Part shown: one piece after another, positions 28,507 to 38,329 of the stretch
Numbering within the stretch: position 1 is the first letter of the stretch
How the letters are laid out: each line of letters starts with the position of its first letter
Assembly (NCBI GenBank): GCA_965652415.1
Contig: CBFGVH010000006.1
Coordinates: 1-54,174, forward strand
Length of the DNA stretch: 54,174 bases
Direction of reading: 5' to 3'
Source of the DNA: an uncultured Gammaproteobacteria bacterium
GTDB lineage: Bacteria; Pseudomonadota; Gammaproteobacteria; Arenicellales; CAJQKF01
Notes under the pieces: model-generated
Databases searched by the model: none
The model's input: only the letters and a program-made list of their open reading frames with translations
What the model was told of the DNA's origin: nothing
Translations under genes and position numbers: made by a program

Positions 28507-29429
28507 GCATCGAGATTCTCGTCGCCACCGTCCTGACCATCATCACCGCCGCGACGCCATTGGTGTTCGCCGCGGTGGGCGAGCTGGTCACCGAGAAATC
28601 CGGCGTGCTCAACCTCGGCGTGGAGGGCATGATGCTGACCGGGGCCGTGACCGGCTTCTCGGCGGTGTTCTTCTTCGACAGCGCCGTCGTCGCCTGCCTG
28701 GCGGCCATGGCCGTCGGCATGCTCACGGCGCTGATCTTCGCCTTCCTGGTGCTGACGCTGCAGGCCAGCCAGGTCGCGACGGGCCTCGCCCTGACCATCT
28801 TCGGCATCGGCCTGTCGGCGCTCGTGGGCCAGAAGATGGTCGGCGTCGCCTACGCCGGCCTGCCGAAGCTGAACGTGCCGTACCTGACGGATTTGCCGGT
28901 GATCGGGCCGCTCCTGTTCAGCCACGACGCGCTGGTGTACACCTCGGTGGCGCTGCCGCTGGCGGTGGCATGGTTCCTGTACCGCACCCGCGCCGGGCTG
29001 ATACTGCGCGCGGTGGGCGATTCCCACGACGCCGCCCACGCCATCGGCTACCCGGTGATCGCCATTCGCTACATGGCCACCGCCTTCGGCGGCGCCATGG
29101 CGGGACTGGCCGGCGCCTACCTGTCACTGGCCTACTCGCCGATGTGGGTCGAGAACATGAGCGCCGGGCGCGGCTGGATCGCGCTGGCGCTGGTGGTGTT
29201 CGGCACCTGGCGGCCGTGGCGCGCGTTCGCCGGCGCCTACCTGTTCGGCGGCATCACGATACTGCAACTGCACGGCCAGGCCATCGGCATCCACGTGCCG
29301 TCGCAGTTCATGACCATGCTGCCCTACGTCGCCACCATCGTCGTGCTGGTCCTGATCTCGCGCGACGCGGCGCGCATACGACTCAATGCGCCGGCATGCA
29401 TCGGCAAACCCTTCCATCCGGCAGCGTGA
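28503..29429 (+). CDS. ABC transporter permease (purine/nucleoside)
   Basis: ATGA overlap; EKSGVLNLGVEGMM, AGRGWIALALV and MLPYVATI motifs. Confidence 0.92.
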   Translation: MSIEILVATVLTIITAATPLVFAAVGELVTEKSGVLNLGVEGMMLTGAVTGFSAVFFFDSAVVACLAAMAVGMLTALIFAFLVLTLQASQVATGLALTIFGIGLSALVGQKMVGVAYAGLPKLNVPYLTDLPVIGPLLFSHDALVYTSVALPLAVAWFLYRTRAGLILRAVGDSHDAAHAIGYPVIAIRYMATAFGGAMAGLAGAYLSLAYSPMWVENMSAGRGWIALALVVFGTWRPWRAFAGAYLFGGITILQLHGQAIGIHVPSQFMTMLPYVATIVVLVLISRDAARIRLNAPACIGKPFHPAA

Positions 29430-29503
29430 TAGACTGGCTGCGGGAAACCACGGCGCGGCACCGACCGCTTCCGTCCTCACGAGACCTCCAAAGGAGCAAC
29501 CAC

Positions 29504-30586
29504 ATGCGCAAACGTGTATTGATCAGGGCCGCGGCCGCCACTCTCGTCGCGGCAGGCCTCGCACTGGGTGCGGCCAACGCCCAGGACGTGACCAGGGTCG
29601 GCTTCATCTACGTCGGACCCATCGGCGACCACGGCTGGACCTACCGCCACGACGTGGCGCGGCGCGCCATCGAGGCGGAGTTCGGCGACGCGGTCGAGAC
29701 CACCTACGTCGAAAGCGTGGCCGAGGGCGCCGATGCCGAGCGCGTGATCCGCAACCTCGCGCAGCGGGGCAACGACCTGATCTTCACCACGTCGTTCGGC
29801 TTCATGAATCCCACCGCCAAGGTGGCCTCCCAGTTTCCGGACGTGAAGTTCGAGCACGCCACCGGCTACAAGCAGGCCGACAATCTCGCCACCTACTCGG
29901 CGCGCTTCTACGAGGGCCGCGCGGTGATCGGCACCATCGCCGGTCACATGACCAAGAGCGGCATCATCGGCTACATCGCCTCGTTCCCGATTCCCGAGGT
30001 GGTGCGCGGCATCAACGCCTTCACCATCGCCATGCGCAAGGTGAACCCGGATGCCGAGGTCAAGGTGGTGTGGGTCAACAGCTGGTACGACCCCGGCAAG
30101 GAAGGCGACGCCGCCAAGGCCCTGATCGACCAGGGCGCCGACATCCTCGCCCAGCACACCGACTCGCCGGCGCCGCTGCAGGTGGCCGAGCAACGCGGCG
30201 TGTACGCCTTCGGGCAGGCGTCCGACATGAAGGCGTTCGCACCCAAGGCCCAGCTCACCGCGATAGTCGACGACTGGGACCCGTACTACATCGAGCGCAC
30301 CCGCGCGGTCATGGAGGGAACCTGGAAATCGCACGACGTCTGGTACGGACTCAAGGAAGGCATGGTGCAGATGGCGCCCTACGGCGACGCGGTTCCCCAG
30401 GAAGTGCGCGACGCCGCTGACGCGGTCAAGAACGCCATCATCGACGGCAGCCTGCATCCGTTCCAGGGCCCCATCCGCAACCAGGCCGGTGAGGTCGTGG
30501 TGGCCGAGGGCGAGGTGGTCAGCGACAAGGACCTGCTCGGCATGAACTGGTATGTCGAGGGCGTGCAGGGCGAACTGCCCCAGTAA
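29504..30586 (+). CDS. BMP-family ABC substrate-binding protein (purine)
   Basis: SD AAGGAG; signal peptide; GFIYVGPIGDHGWTYRH, TTSFGFM, IPEVVRGINAF and QHTDSP motifs. Confidence 0.93.
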   Translation: MRKRVLIRAAAATLVAAGLALGAANAQDVTRVGFIYVGPIGDHGWTYRHDVARRAIEAEFGDAVETTYVESVAEGADAERVIRNLAQRGNDLIFTTSFGFMNPTAKVASQFPDVKFEHATGYKQADNLATYSARFYEGRAVIGTIAGHMTKSGIIGYIASFPIPEVVRGINAFTIAMRKVNPDAEVKVVWVNSWYDPGKEGDAAKALIDQGADILAQHTDSPAPLQVAEQRGVYAFGQASDMKAFAPKAQLTAIVDDWDPYYIERTRAVMEGTWKSHDVWYGLKEGMVQMAPYGDAVPQEVRDAADAVKNAIIDGSLHPFQGPIRNQAGEVVVAEGEVVSDKDLLGMNWYVEGVQGELPQ

Positions 30587-30609
30587 CATGCCGGCGCCTG
30601 CCGGACCGA

Positions 30610-30639
30610 GGGCCCGCGTGGAGTAGTTCGCGCGGGCCC
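30610..30639 (+). terminator. Hairpin after the BMP gene (terminator or mRNA-stabilising stem)
   Basis: GGGCCCGCG...CGCGGGCCC stem, extendable with G-U pairs; no U-tract. Confidence 0.45.
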
Positions 30640-30664
30640 CGGGCGTCTTGATCTCCGACACGCC

Positions 30665-31324
30665 ATGAGCGCCGCGACCGGGGCCAGGCGAACCGGCGCG
30701 GCGCCGGTTCGCGAACGGCGCGTTCGGGCGCGCAACGAGCGGCGCATCCTCAAGGCGGCCGAGGAGGAATTCGACCGCTACGGATTCGGCGGCGCGCGCA
30801 TGCAGCGCATCGCCGACCGCGCAGGCCTGCCCAAGGCCAACATCCATTACTACTATCGCAACAAGCAGGCGCTGTACAACGCGGTGCTGGCCGACATCGT
30901 CGCCATCTGGAACGCGGCGTTCGACCTGATCAGCCCCGACGACGATCCGGCCGAGGCGCTCGCCGCCTACATTCGCACCAAGATGGAGTACTCGCGCACC
31001 CACGCCGCGGCGGCGCGCATCTTCACCGGCGAGATCATGCGCGGCGCACCGAACCTCGGCGAGTACCTGCGCGGCGACCTGCGCACGTGGGTGGCCGAGC
31101 GCGCCGCCGTCATCCGCCGCTGGCAGGGGGCGGGACGGATCGACCAGGTCGACCCGCACCACCTCATCTTCCTGATCTGGAGCGCGACCCAGCACTGGGC
31201 CGACTACGCGGCGCAGATCGCCGCGCTCAGCAACAGGAAGTCTCTCGCACGGGCCGACTACGACGCTGCCGCCGAGTCGCTGGTACGCATCATCCTCAAG
31301 GGCTGCGGCTTGGCGCCGCGGTGA
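30665..31324 (+). CDS. rutR: TetR-family regulator, RutR-like
   Basis: TetR HTH (IADRAGLPKANIHYYY) and RutR-type C-terminus YIRTKMEYSR...IWSATQHWADYAAQI. Confidence 0.8.
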   Translation: MSAATGARRTGAAPVRERRVRARNERRILKAAEEEFDRYGFGGARMQRIADRAGLPKANIHYYYRNKQALYNAVLADIVAIWNAAFDLISPDDDPAEALAAYIRTKMEYSRTHAAAARIFTGEIMRGAPNLGEYLRGDLRTWVAERAAVIRRWQGAGRIDQVDPHHLIFLIWSATQHWADYAAQIAALSNRKSLARADYDAAAESLVRIILKGCGLAPR

Positions 31325-31387
31325 GCGAGCCGGCGCGGTATGCTATAAATCCGCGCCCGACGCAAACAAGACAGGCAAGTTTCGACC

Positions 31388-32380
31388 ATGCATACCCGCC
31401 CACTCGGACCCTTCACCGTATCGGCCATCGGACTCGGCTGCATGAACATCTCCGCCGGCTACGGGCCGGCCGACGACGACGCCTCGCGCGAACTGCTCGC
31501 CGCCGCGCTCGACCACGGCTACACCTTCTTCGACACCGCCTCGATGTACGGCACGGGTCACAGCGAGTCGCTCATTGGCGAGTCGATCGGGCACCGGCGC
31601 GACGAGTTCGTCCTCGCCAGCAAGGCCGGCATCGCGAAGAACGCCGACGGCAAGCGGGTTATCGACGGCCGCCCGGAAGTGATACGGGCCACCTGCGAGG
31701 AAAGCCTCAGGCGCCTTCGCACGGACGTCATCGACCTCTACTACCTGCACCGGGTCGATCCGAAGGTGCCCATCGAGGACAGCGTCGGCGCCCTCGCCGA
31801 CCTGGTCGCCGATGGCAAGATTCGCACCATCGGCCTGTCGGAATGTTCCACCGCCACGCTGCACCGCGCCCACGCGGTGCACCCGGTCACCGCGGTGCAG
31901 TCGGAGTATTCGCTGTGGACCCGCACGCCCGAGCGCCGGATGCTTGACGCCTGTCGCGAACTCGGCGTCGCCTTCGTCTCCTTCGCGCCGCTGGCGCGGG
32001 CCTTTCTGACCGGCAAGGCGCGCGACGTGACGCGCCTGACGGCCGACGACGTGCGCCAGACCAATGCGCGCCCGCGCTTCGAGCCGGACAACTTCGCGAA
32101 GAACGAGAGGCTCCTCGAGCCCTACGCCGCCATCGCCGAACGTGTCGGCTGCAGCATGGCGCAGCTCGCCCTGGCCTGGGTGCTGGCGCGCGGCGAGCAT
32201 GTCGTGCCGATCCCCGGCACCAAGCACATGGAGTACATGATCGAGAACGCCGGCGCCGCCGACATAAAACTCGCACCCGACGTTGTCGACGAGCTAGACC
32301 GGCTGATCAACGAGTCGACCGTCGCCGGCCGGCGCTACACCGACGCGCTGATTGCGTCGATAGACTCCGAGCGGGACTGA
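31388..32380 (+). CDS. Aldo/keto reductase
   Basis: GLGCM, DTASMYG, DLYYLHRVD, IGLSE, QSEYSLW and PIPGT motifs. Confidence 0.92.
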   Translation: MHTRPLGPFTVSAIGLGCMNISAGYGPADDDASRELLAAALDHGYTFFDTASMYGTGHSESLIGESIGHRRDEFVLASKAGIAKNADGKRVIDGRPEVIRATCEESLRRLRTDVIDLYYLHRVDPKVPIEDSVGALADLVADGKIRTIGLSECSTATLHRAHAVHPVTAVQSEYSLWTRTPERRMLDACRELGVAFVSFAPLARAFLTGKARDVTRLTADDVRQTNARPRFEPDNFAKNERLLEPYAAIAERVGCSMAQLALAWVLARGEHVVPIPGTKHMEYMIENAGAADIKLAPDVVDELDRLINESTVAGRRYTDALIASIDSERD

Positions 32381-32395
32381 AACCGGCCGCCGCCG

Positions 32396-33259
32396 TCAGG
32401 CGGCGCGCACGGCGTGTTCGCTCGGCAGCACTTCCTGTTCCTGCACGCCGAGCCCCGGAATCTCGAGGCGCATGCGGTCGCCTTCGCGCAGGTAGCGCTG
32501 CGGCTTCTTTCCCATCCCCACGCCCGCGGGCGTGCCGGTGGCGATGATGTCTCCCGGCAGAAGAGCCATGAACTGGCTCACGTAGCTCACCAGGTGCGCC
32601 ACCGGAAAGATCATGTTGGCGGTGGTGCCGTCCTGCATGCGCTCGCCGTTGACGTCGCAGGTGAGCGAGAGGTCCTGCGGGTCGGCGATCTCGTCCGCGG
32701 TCACGAGGTACGGGCCGAGCGGGCCGAAGGTGTCGGCCGACTTGCCCTTGACCCACTGGCCGCCGCGGTTGAGCTGGTGGTCGCGCTCGGAGACGTCGTT
32801 GAACAGGCAGTAGCCGGCCACGTGATCCAGCGCCTCGGCCTCGCTCACGTAGCGCGCGGCGGTGCCGATCACCGCCGCCAGCTCGACCTCCCAGTCGGTT
32901 TTCGCCGAGCCCGGCGGCAGGCGCACGGGGTCGTTGGGACCGACGATGGACGACGTCGCCTTCATGAACAGGATCGGCTCGTCGGGGGCCTTCATGCCCG
33001 ACTCGGCCGCGTGGTCCGAGTAGTTCAACCCGATGCACACGAGCTTGCCGGGCCGCGCAACGCAGGGACCGATGCGCTCGCCCGCCGGCACCTGCGGCAG
33101 CGCCGCCGGATCGAGGGCGTGCAGGCGGGCAAGGCCTCGCGTTCCGAGAACGTCGCCGTCGATGTCGGTGATCACCGCCGACAGGTCGCGAACCGTGCCG
33201 GCGCGATCCACGAGGGCGGGCTTCTCGCGGCCCGCCGGTCCGTAACGCAATAATCGCAT
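32396..33259 (-). CDS. Fumarylacetoacetate hydrolase family protein (FAHD2 / ureidoglycolate-lyase-like branch)
   Basis: MRLLRYGPAGREKP, CIGLNYSDH, DWEVELA, NDVSER, KGKSADTFGPLGP and TGTPAGVG motifs. Confidence 0.9.
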   Translation of the reverse strand: MRLLRYGPAGREKPALVDRAGTVRDLSAVITDIDGDVLGTRGLARLHALDPAALPQVPAGERIGPCVARPGKLVCIGLNYSDHAAESGMKAPDEPILFMKATSSIVGPNDPVRLPPGSAKTDWEVELAAVIGTAARYVSEAEALDHVAGYCLFNDVSERDHQLNRGGQWVKGKSADTFGPLGPYLVTADEIADPQDLSLTCDVNGERMQDGTTANMIFPVAHLVSYVSQFMALLPGDIIATGTPAGVGMGKKPQRYLREGDRMRLEIPGLGVQEQEVLPSEHAVRAA

Positions 33260-33298
33260 CGTGAGAATCTCTCCTTGGGTTTCCCGGCGGCGCCGGGG

Positions 33299-34297
33299 TC
33301 AGATCTTGAACAGGAGCTTGCCCGCGGACTGGCGCGACTCGAGCCGCCGGTGGGCCTCTACGGCCTCCTCAAGGGCGAAGGCGCGGTCGATGGCGACGTC
33401 CATGTCGTGCTCCCGGACCAGCTCGAAGATGCCGTCGGCGCGCCACTGCGCCTCCTCGGCGTTCCTGCGGTAATGGGCGAGGTGCGGTCGGGTGAAGAAC
33501 ACCGACCCGGCCTCGGCCAGTTCCATGGGCGTGACGCAGTCGACCACGCCGGAACTGGCGCCGAACAGCACGCAGGTGCCGCGCACTGCCAGGCACTCGA
33601 GGCTCTTGTGAATGGTGTCGCGGCCGACCGAGTCGTACACCACGTCCACGCCCTCGCCGCCGGTCGCCTCGCGCACACGCTCGACGAAGTCCTGCTCGCG
33701 GTACAGCACCACCTCGTCGGCGCCGAGCGCGCGCACGCGCTCCGCCTTGGCCCCGCTGCCCACCGTGGTGATCACGTACGCGCCCCTGGCCTTTGCGATC
33801 TGGATGAGCAGCTGGCCGACGCCGCCCGCCCCGGCATGAACCAGGCAGCGGGTGCCCTGCTCGACCTTGTACAGCGAATGGGTCAGGTAATGGCTGGTGG
33901 CGCCCTGCAGCATGATGGAGGCGGCGAGGTCGAAGCCGCACCAGTCGGGCAGCGCGATCACCTTGTCGGCGGCAACCGCGGCATACTCGGCATAGCCCGC
34001 CTTGCCGAGGCAGTAGCCGACGCGCATGCCGGGCTTGAACCGGGTGACGCCCTCGCCCACCGCCTCGACCTCTCCGGCCCCCTCGAGCCCCAGCGTGAAC
34101 GGCACCTCGGTGCCGTAGGTATGCTGGCCGCGGTACAGGCCTTCGCGCATGTACACGTCGGCGTAGTTGATACCGGCGTAGTGCTGGCGGATCAGCACCT
34201 CGCCCGGGCCGGCTTCGGGCCTCGGCACCTCCTCGACAACCAGGTTGTCGGCACCTCCGTACTGGTGGATTGTCACGGCTCGCATGGCGGCTCGCAT
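33299..34297 (-). CDS. NADPH:quinone oxidoreductase (Qor, zinc-free MDR)
   Basis: GINYAD, GLEGAG, HAGAGGVG, YDSVG and FGASSG motifs. Confidence 0.9.
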   Translation of the reverse strand: MRAAMRAVTIHQYGGADNLVVEEVPRPEAGPGEVLIRQHYAGINYADVYMREGLYRGQHTYGTEVPFTLGLEGAGEVEAVGEGVTRFKPGMRVGYCLGKAGYAEYAAVAADKVIALPDWCGFDLAASIMLQGATSHYLTHSLYKVEQGTRCLVHAGAGGVGQLLIQIAKARGAYVITTVGSGAKAERVRALGADEVVLYREQDFVERVREATGGEGVDVVYDSVGRDTIHKSLECLAVRGTCVLFGASSGVVDCVTPMELAEAGSVFFTRPHLAHYRRNAEEAQWRADGIFELVREHDMDVAIDRAFALEEAVEAHRRLESRQSAGKLLFKI

Positions 34298-34332
34298 GGG
34301 GTCTTTCCTCGTATTGAAACTGGCGGCGGACT

Positions 34333-35214
34333 TCAGCTCGGGCGCTCGGTGCCCTTGACCTGGGTACGGTGCAGCACGCGGCGCGCGTTGTCGTCGAAGG
34401 CATCGCGGCGGTGCATGGTGCAGCGGTTGTCCCACATCACCAGGTCGCCGACACGCCAGTTCTGCGCCCAGCAGAACTCGGGCCGGGTCGCGTGCGCCCA
34501 CAGGGCGTCGAGAAGCGCCTCGCTCTCGTCGAGCTCGAGGCCTTCAATGTATCCATTGCGGCGACGGCCGAGATACAGCGCCCGCCGGCCGGTCTCGGGG
34601 TGGGTGGTCACCAGCGGATGCCAGGCGCCCGGGATCTTGCGCGGGTCGGGCTCGTCGGAGAACTGCTCGTAGCCCTTGCGCACCTCGCCGGCGCTGTTGC
34701 GGCTGTAGTCGTGCTTCGAGCGGCGGCCCTCTATGCGATTCTTGACGTCATCGCCCAGGGCCTCGTACGCCGCGTACATGTTGACGAAGCCCGTGTTGCC
34801 GCCGGCATCGGGCACCTCGAGCGAATACAGGCAGGTCATCTTCGGCGGCTCGTCGATGTAGGACATGTCGGTATGCCACTCGGCCTCGTAGTTGCCGAGG
34901 CTGCCGATGGGCCTGCCGTCGACCTTCACGTTGGACACCACCAGGATCTCGGGGAACTCGGGGATCTCGACTTCGCCGGAACTGGTGATCGGGGCCAGGT
35001 CGAGGTCGCCGAAGTGGCGGCTGAAGCGCACCAGGTCGGCGTCGTCGAGCCGCTGGTCGCGAAATCTCAGCACCAGGTGCCGGTGCCAGGCGTCGATGAC
35101 GGCGGCGACGGTGTCGCTATCGAGACCCTGCGACAGGTCGACGCCTTCGATGTCGGCGCCGAGCGCGCTGCCGGTCGGGCTGATCTTGATTGACGGTTTC
35201 ATCCGGGGTTGCAT
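34333..35214 (-). CDS. TauD/TfdA-family Fe(II)/2-oxoglutarate dioxygenase
   Basis: WHTDMSY (HxD), HPLV.THP.TGR and WDNRCTMHRR motifs. Confidence 0.92.
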   Translation of the reverse strand: MQPRMKPSIKISPTGSALGADIEGVDLSQGLDSDTVAAVIDAWHRHLVLRFRDQRLDDADLVRFSRHFGDLDLAPITSSGEVEIPEFPEILVVSNVKVDGRPIGSLGNYEAEWHTDMSYIDEPPKMTCLYSLEVPDAGGNTGFVNMYAAYEALGDDVKNRIEGRRSKHDYSRNSAGEVRKGYEQFSDEPDPRKIPGAWHPLVTTHPETGRRALYLGRRRNGYIEGLELDESEALLDALWAHATRPEFCWAQNWRVGDLVMWDNRCTMHRRDAFDDNARRVLHRTQVKGTERPS

Positions 35215-35236
35215 GAGCGTGACTCCAAAAAATACT

Positions 35237-36349
35237 TCAGGTCAGGTCGAAATCGAGTGACTCGTCGGCAAGCGCCACGACGCGGTCGCGATCAACGGCC
35301 GTGCGTGCCGGCTCGGGCACTCGCAGCAACGGGCCGTCGACGATCAATGGCGCGGTCAGCAGCGAGTCGACGGTCTTCAGGAACCCGTTCATCTCGGCCG
35401 CGGCGTCGAGTCCGAGACGGCCGTAGCACAGCGCTTCGTGGTAACAGCCGAGATCGCTGGCGACGCCGTTGCCGATCACCACGTCCAGGCCCAGGCGGCG
35501 CGCCAGCGCCACCTGTTCGGCGAGGGCGCCGGGGCCGCCGGACTTGCTCATCTTGAGCTTCACCGCGGTAATGCCGTCGATCGAGGCGGCGCGCTCGATG
35601 TCGGCGCTGCCGTAGATGGATTCGTCCAGCATCAGCGGCAGGATGCGTTCGCCGGCGATCGCGGCGACCAGGTCCCAGCGCGACGCCGGCACCGGCTGCT
35701 CGAACACCTCGACCGCGCCGAGCGGCACGCGGCGGGCGAAGTCGAGCGCCTGCCCGAGGTCGTAACCCTGGTTGGCGTCCATCCTCAGGACCGCCCTGCC
35801 CTCGACCGCGTCGGCGATGGCGGCCACGCGCGCCGCGTCGGCGAGGGGCTCGTAGCCGACCTTCACCTTGAGCGTGCGGTAGCCTTGCACGACCAGGTCG
35901 ACGGCGGCGGCCGGCGCCTCGTTCAGCTCCAGGGTGTTGACGGTGCCCAGCAGTTCCACCGCCGCGGGCGGATGGTCGCCATACAGCGTCGGCGCCTCGG
36001 CAAGGTCGTCGAGCGCCTCGTGGATCGCCGACACGACGAACGGGTAGCGTTCGAGATCACCGGCGACGAGGCGAGCGATTTCGCCCGGCGTACGTCCGAG
36101 AAGACCTGGCAGGATACGCCCCGTGTATGCCCATGCCTCGTCGGGAGACTCCGGGGAGTACCCGGCCACGGGGCAGGCCTCGCCCCAGCCCACCCGGCCG
36201 ACGCCGTCGTCGAGCGCGACCACGATCACGTCGAAGGCGTCGAGGCGGCCGAGTGCATTGTCGTAAGGCCGCTTCAGGGCCATGCGCAGGCGGTGCGCCT
36301 CTGCGCGGATCACGGGCATCGCGACGGCCCCGGTGTCGAGCCGGTTCAT
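35237..36349 (-). CDS. Enolase-superfamily enzyme, muconate-lactonizing-enzyme subgroup
   Basis: Start ATG 36349 overlaps the tctA stop; GWGEA, KVKVG, DANQG, EQP, DES and KLKMSK motifs. Confidence 0.88.
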   Translation of the reverse strand: MNRLDTGAVAMPVIRAEAHRLRMALKRPYDNALGRLDAFDVIVVALDDGVGRVGWGEACPVAGYSPESPDEAWAYTGRILPGLLGRTPGEIARLVAGDLERYPFVVSAIHEALDDLAEAPTLYGDHPPAAVELLGTVNTLELNEAPAAAVDLVVQGYRTLKVKVGYEPLADAARVAAIADAVEGRAVLRMDANQGYDLGQALDFARRVPLGAVEVFEQPVPASRWDLVAAIAGERILPLMLDESIYGSADIERAASIDGITAVKLKMSKSGGPGALAEQVALARRLGLDVVIGNGVASDLGCYHEALCYGRLGLDAAAEMNGFLKTVDSLLTAPLIVDGPLLRVPEPARTAVDRDRVVALADESLDFDLT

Positions 36350-37884
36350 GGCGCGCCGTGCTCGCCGGCCGGCGACGGTGACCTGCCCGACGAGGCGGCC
36401 GCACGCCGCTGCTCGAGATACATGCGTGCCAGCGGCAGCACGAACGTGAACACGGCAATCGCCAGGATGCCCAGGGTGAGCGGGCGCTCGACGAAGATCA
36501 TGGCGCCGTTGTTGGAGGAGATCAGGGCGCGGCGGAAGTTCTCCTCGATCAGCGTGCCGAGCACGATGGCCAGCACGATCGGCACCACCGACATGCCCGC
36601 CTGGCGGATCAGGAACCCGAACACGCCCAGGCCGAGGGCGAGGTAGACGTCGAACACGTTGGAGCGCACCGAGTACGCCCCGACCACCGACAGCGTGAGA
36701 ATGGTCATGACGATGAACGGCGTCGGCATCTGCACCAGCCGCACCCAGAACCCGACGCCGACCACGCCGTAGACCAGCATGAACACGTTGGCCAGGCCCA
36801 GCGCCAGGAAGAGGTAGTACACGAGGCCCGCGTCGGAGACGAACAGGCCCGGACCGGGAGTCACGCCGTGCAGCAGCATGGCGCCGAGCAGCACCGCGGC
36901 CGTGGCCGAACCGGGGATGCCGAAGGCGAGCAGCGGCACCAGCGACGTGCTGATGGTGGAATTGTTGCTCGACTCGGCCGCGGCCAGGCCCTCCTCCGAT
37001 CCCTGGCCGAAGGCGTCGGGATCGCGCGAGAAGCGCCGCGCTTCGTTGTAGCCGACCCAGTTGGCGGCGGCCGCACCGATGGCCGGCAGCGCGCCGAGCA
37101 CCGAGCCGACCACCGAACCGATGGCGGTGGAGCGGGCGATGCGGCGCGCGGACGACCACGGCAGGTTGAACGCCCACAGGCCCGGCATCCCCGCAACCTC
37201 GCGCTTGACGTGACGCTGGTACAGAAGCGTGATGGCCTCGGACACGGCGAAAAGCCCGACCAGGGCGGGAATGTAGGGGATGCCCTCGAGCAGGTTCATG
37301 TTGCCGAAGGTGAAGCGCGGATAGCCGGTGAACGGGTCGACGCCGAAGGTGGTGATGATCAGCCCGAACAGGGCGACTACGAATCCCGCCAACACCATGC
37401 CGCGCACCAGCGAGGCGATGATGGCCACGCCCAGCACACCCAGGGCGAAGTACTCGGGCGCGCCGAAGTTCAGCGCGAAGTCCGCCAGCGGCAGCGAGAA
37501 GAACATCAACACCACGGTGCCGGCGATGCCGCCGATCACCGAGGCGAATATGGAAATGGACAACGCCCGGTCGAGATTGCCCGCCTTGGTCATCGGGTAG
37601 CCGTCGAGCACCGTGGCCGCGGAGGCCGGGGTGCCGGGAACGCCGATGGTGATGGCAGTGATGGAGCCGGCGTAAGTGGCCGCGGTGTACAGGCCGATGA
37701 GCACCGCCAGCGCCACCTCGGTGGACAGGGCGTAGGTGGCCGCCACGAGCAGCGCGGTGCCCGAAGTGGCGTCGAGGCCCGGCAGCGCGCCGAAGGCCAT
37801 GCCGATGGTCACGCCGATGAACAGGCCCAGCAGCACGGGCGGCTGCAGCAGCAACTCGGCGCCGGCGAGAATGCCCTCGATCAT
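36346..37884 (-). CDS. tctA: Tripartite tricarboxylate transporter large permease
   Basis: GALPGL, GVPGTPAS, DGYPM, ESSNN and GIPGS motifs; multiple TM segments. Confidence 0.93.
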   Translation of the reverse strand: MIEGILAGAELLLQPPVLLGLFIGVTIGMAFGALPGLDATSGTALLVAATYALSTEVALAVLIGLYTAATYAGSITAITIGVPGTPASAATVLDGYPMTKAGNLDRALSISIFASVIGGIAGTVVLMFFSLPLADFALNFGAPEYFALGVLGVAIIASLVRGMVLAGFVVALFGLIITTFGVDPFTGYPRFTFGNMNLLEGIPYIPALVGLFAVSEAITLLYQRHVKREVAGMPGLWAFNLPWSSARRIARSTAIGSVVGSVLGALPAIGAAAANWVGYNEARRFSRDPDAFGQGSEEGLAAAESSNNSTISTSLVPLLAFGIPGSATAAVLLGAMLLHGVTPGPGLFVSDAGLVYYLFLALGLANVFMLVYGVVGVGFWVRLVQMPTPFIVMTILTLSVVGAYSVRSNVFDVYLALGLGVFGFLIRQAGMSVVPIVLAIVLGTLIEENFRRALISSNNGAMIFVERPLTLGILAIAVFTFVLPLARMYLEQRRAAASSGRSPSPAGEHGAP

Positions 37885-37896
37885 GATCGCACCCGT

Positions 37897-38325
37897 TCAG
37901 AACGACGCGATGGGGATATGCAGCAACCGGTCGAACAGCAGCCACAGCATCGCCGGGAAGACGATGCTGTAAATGCCGTTGGCGACGAGCCGCCGCGACC
38001 CCGACAGCCACAGGCCGGCGAACAGCGCGAACGGCAGCACCACGAAGAAACCGAGGTGTGTCGCCGCGAAGATCACCACGGCCAGGGCCGCGCCGACCCC
38101 GATGCCGAGCGCCACGAGGGAGAACGGCACGAACCTGGCCCGGCGCCGGGACAGGTAGAGGTCGGCAAGGATCAGCACGATCATGAGAACGGCGAGCGCC
38201 TCGGGCAGCGCCGCGGGACCGATGTCCCGCGACGACAGCGCCTTCGGGAACGTGCCCGACGTCACCACGATCACAGCGCCGAACGCGATCAGTCCGAGAT
38301 AGATCAGATGCGTCAGCGGGAACAT
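37897..38325 (-). CDS. tctB: Tripartite tricarboxylate transporter small permease
   Basis: Four TM segments, IGPAALP, terminal LF..LL.IP; lies between tctC and tctA. Confidence 0.85.
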   Translation of the reverse strand: MFPLTHLIYLGLIAFGAVIVVTSGTFPKALSSRDIGPAALPEALAVLMIVLILADLYLSRRRARFVPFSLVALGIGVGAALAVVIFAATHLGFFVVLPFALFAGLWLSGSRRLVANGIYSIVFPAMLWLLFDRLLHIPIASF

Positions 38326-38329
38326 CGGC

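Noticed and set aside
34333-35214. Calling the TauD protein taurine dioxygenase or fungal-type xanthine dioxygenase
   Set aside because: Only the generic HxD...H..R motifs are visible, there are no tau transport genes, and XdhAB already covers xanthine. The substrate cannot be assigned by eye.
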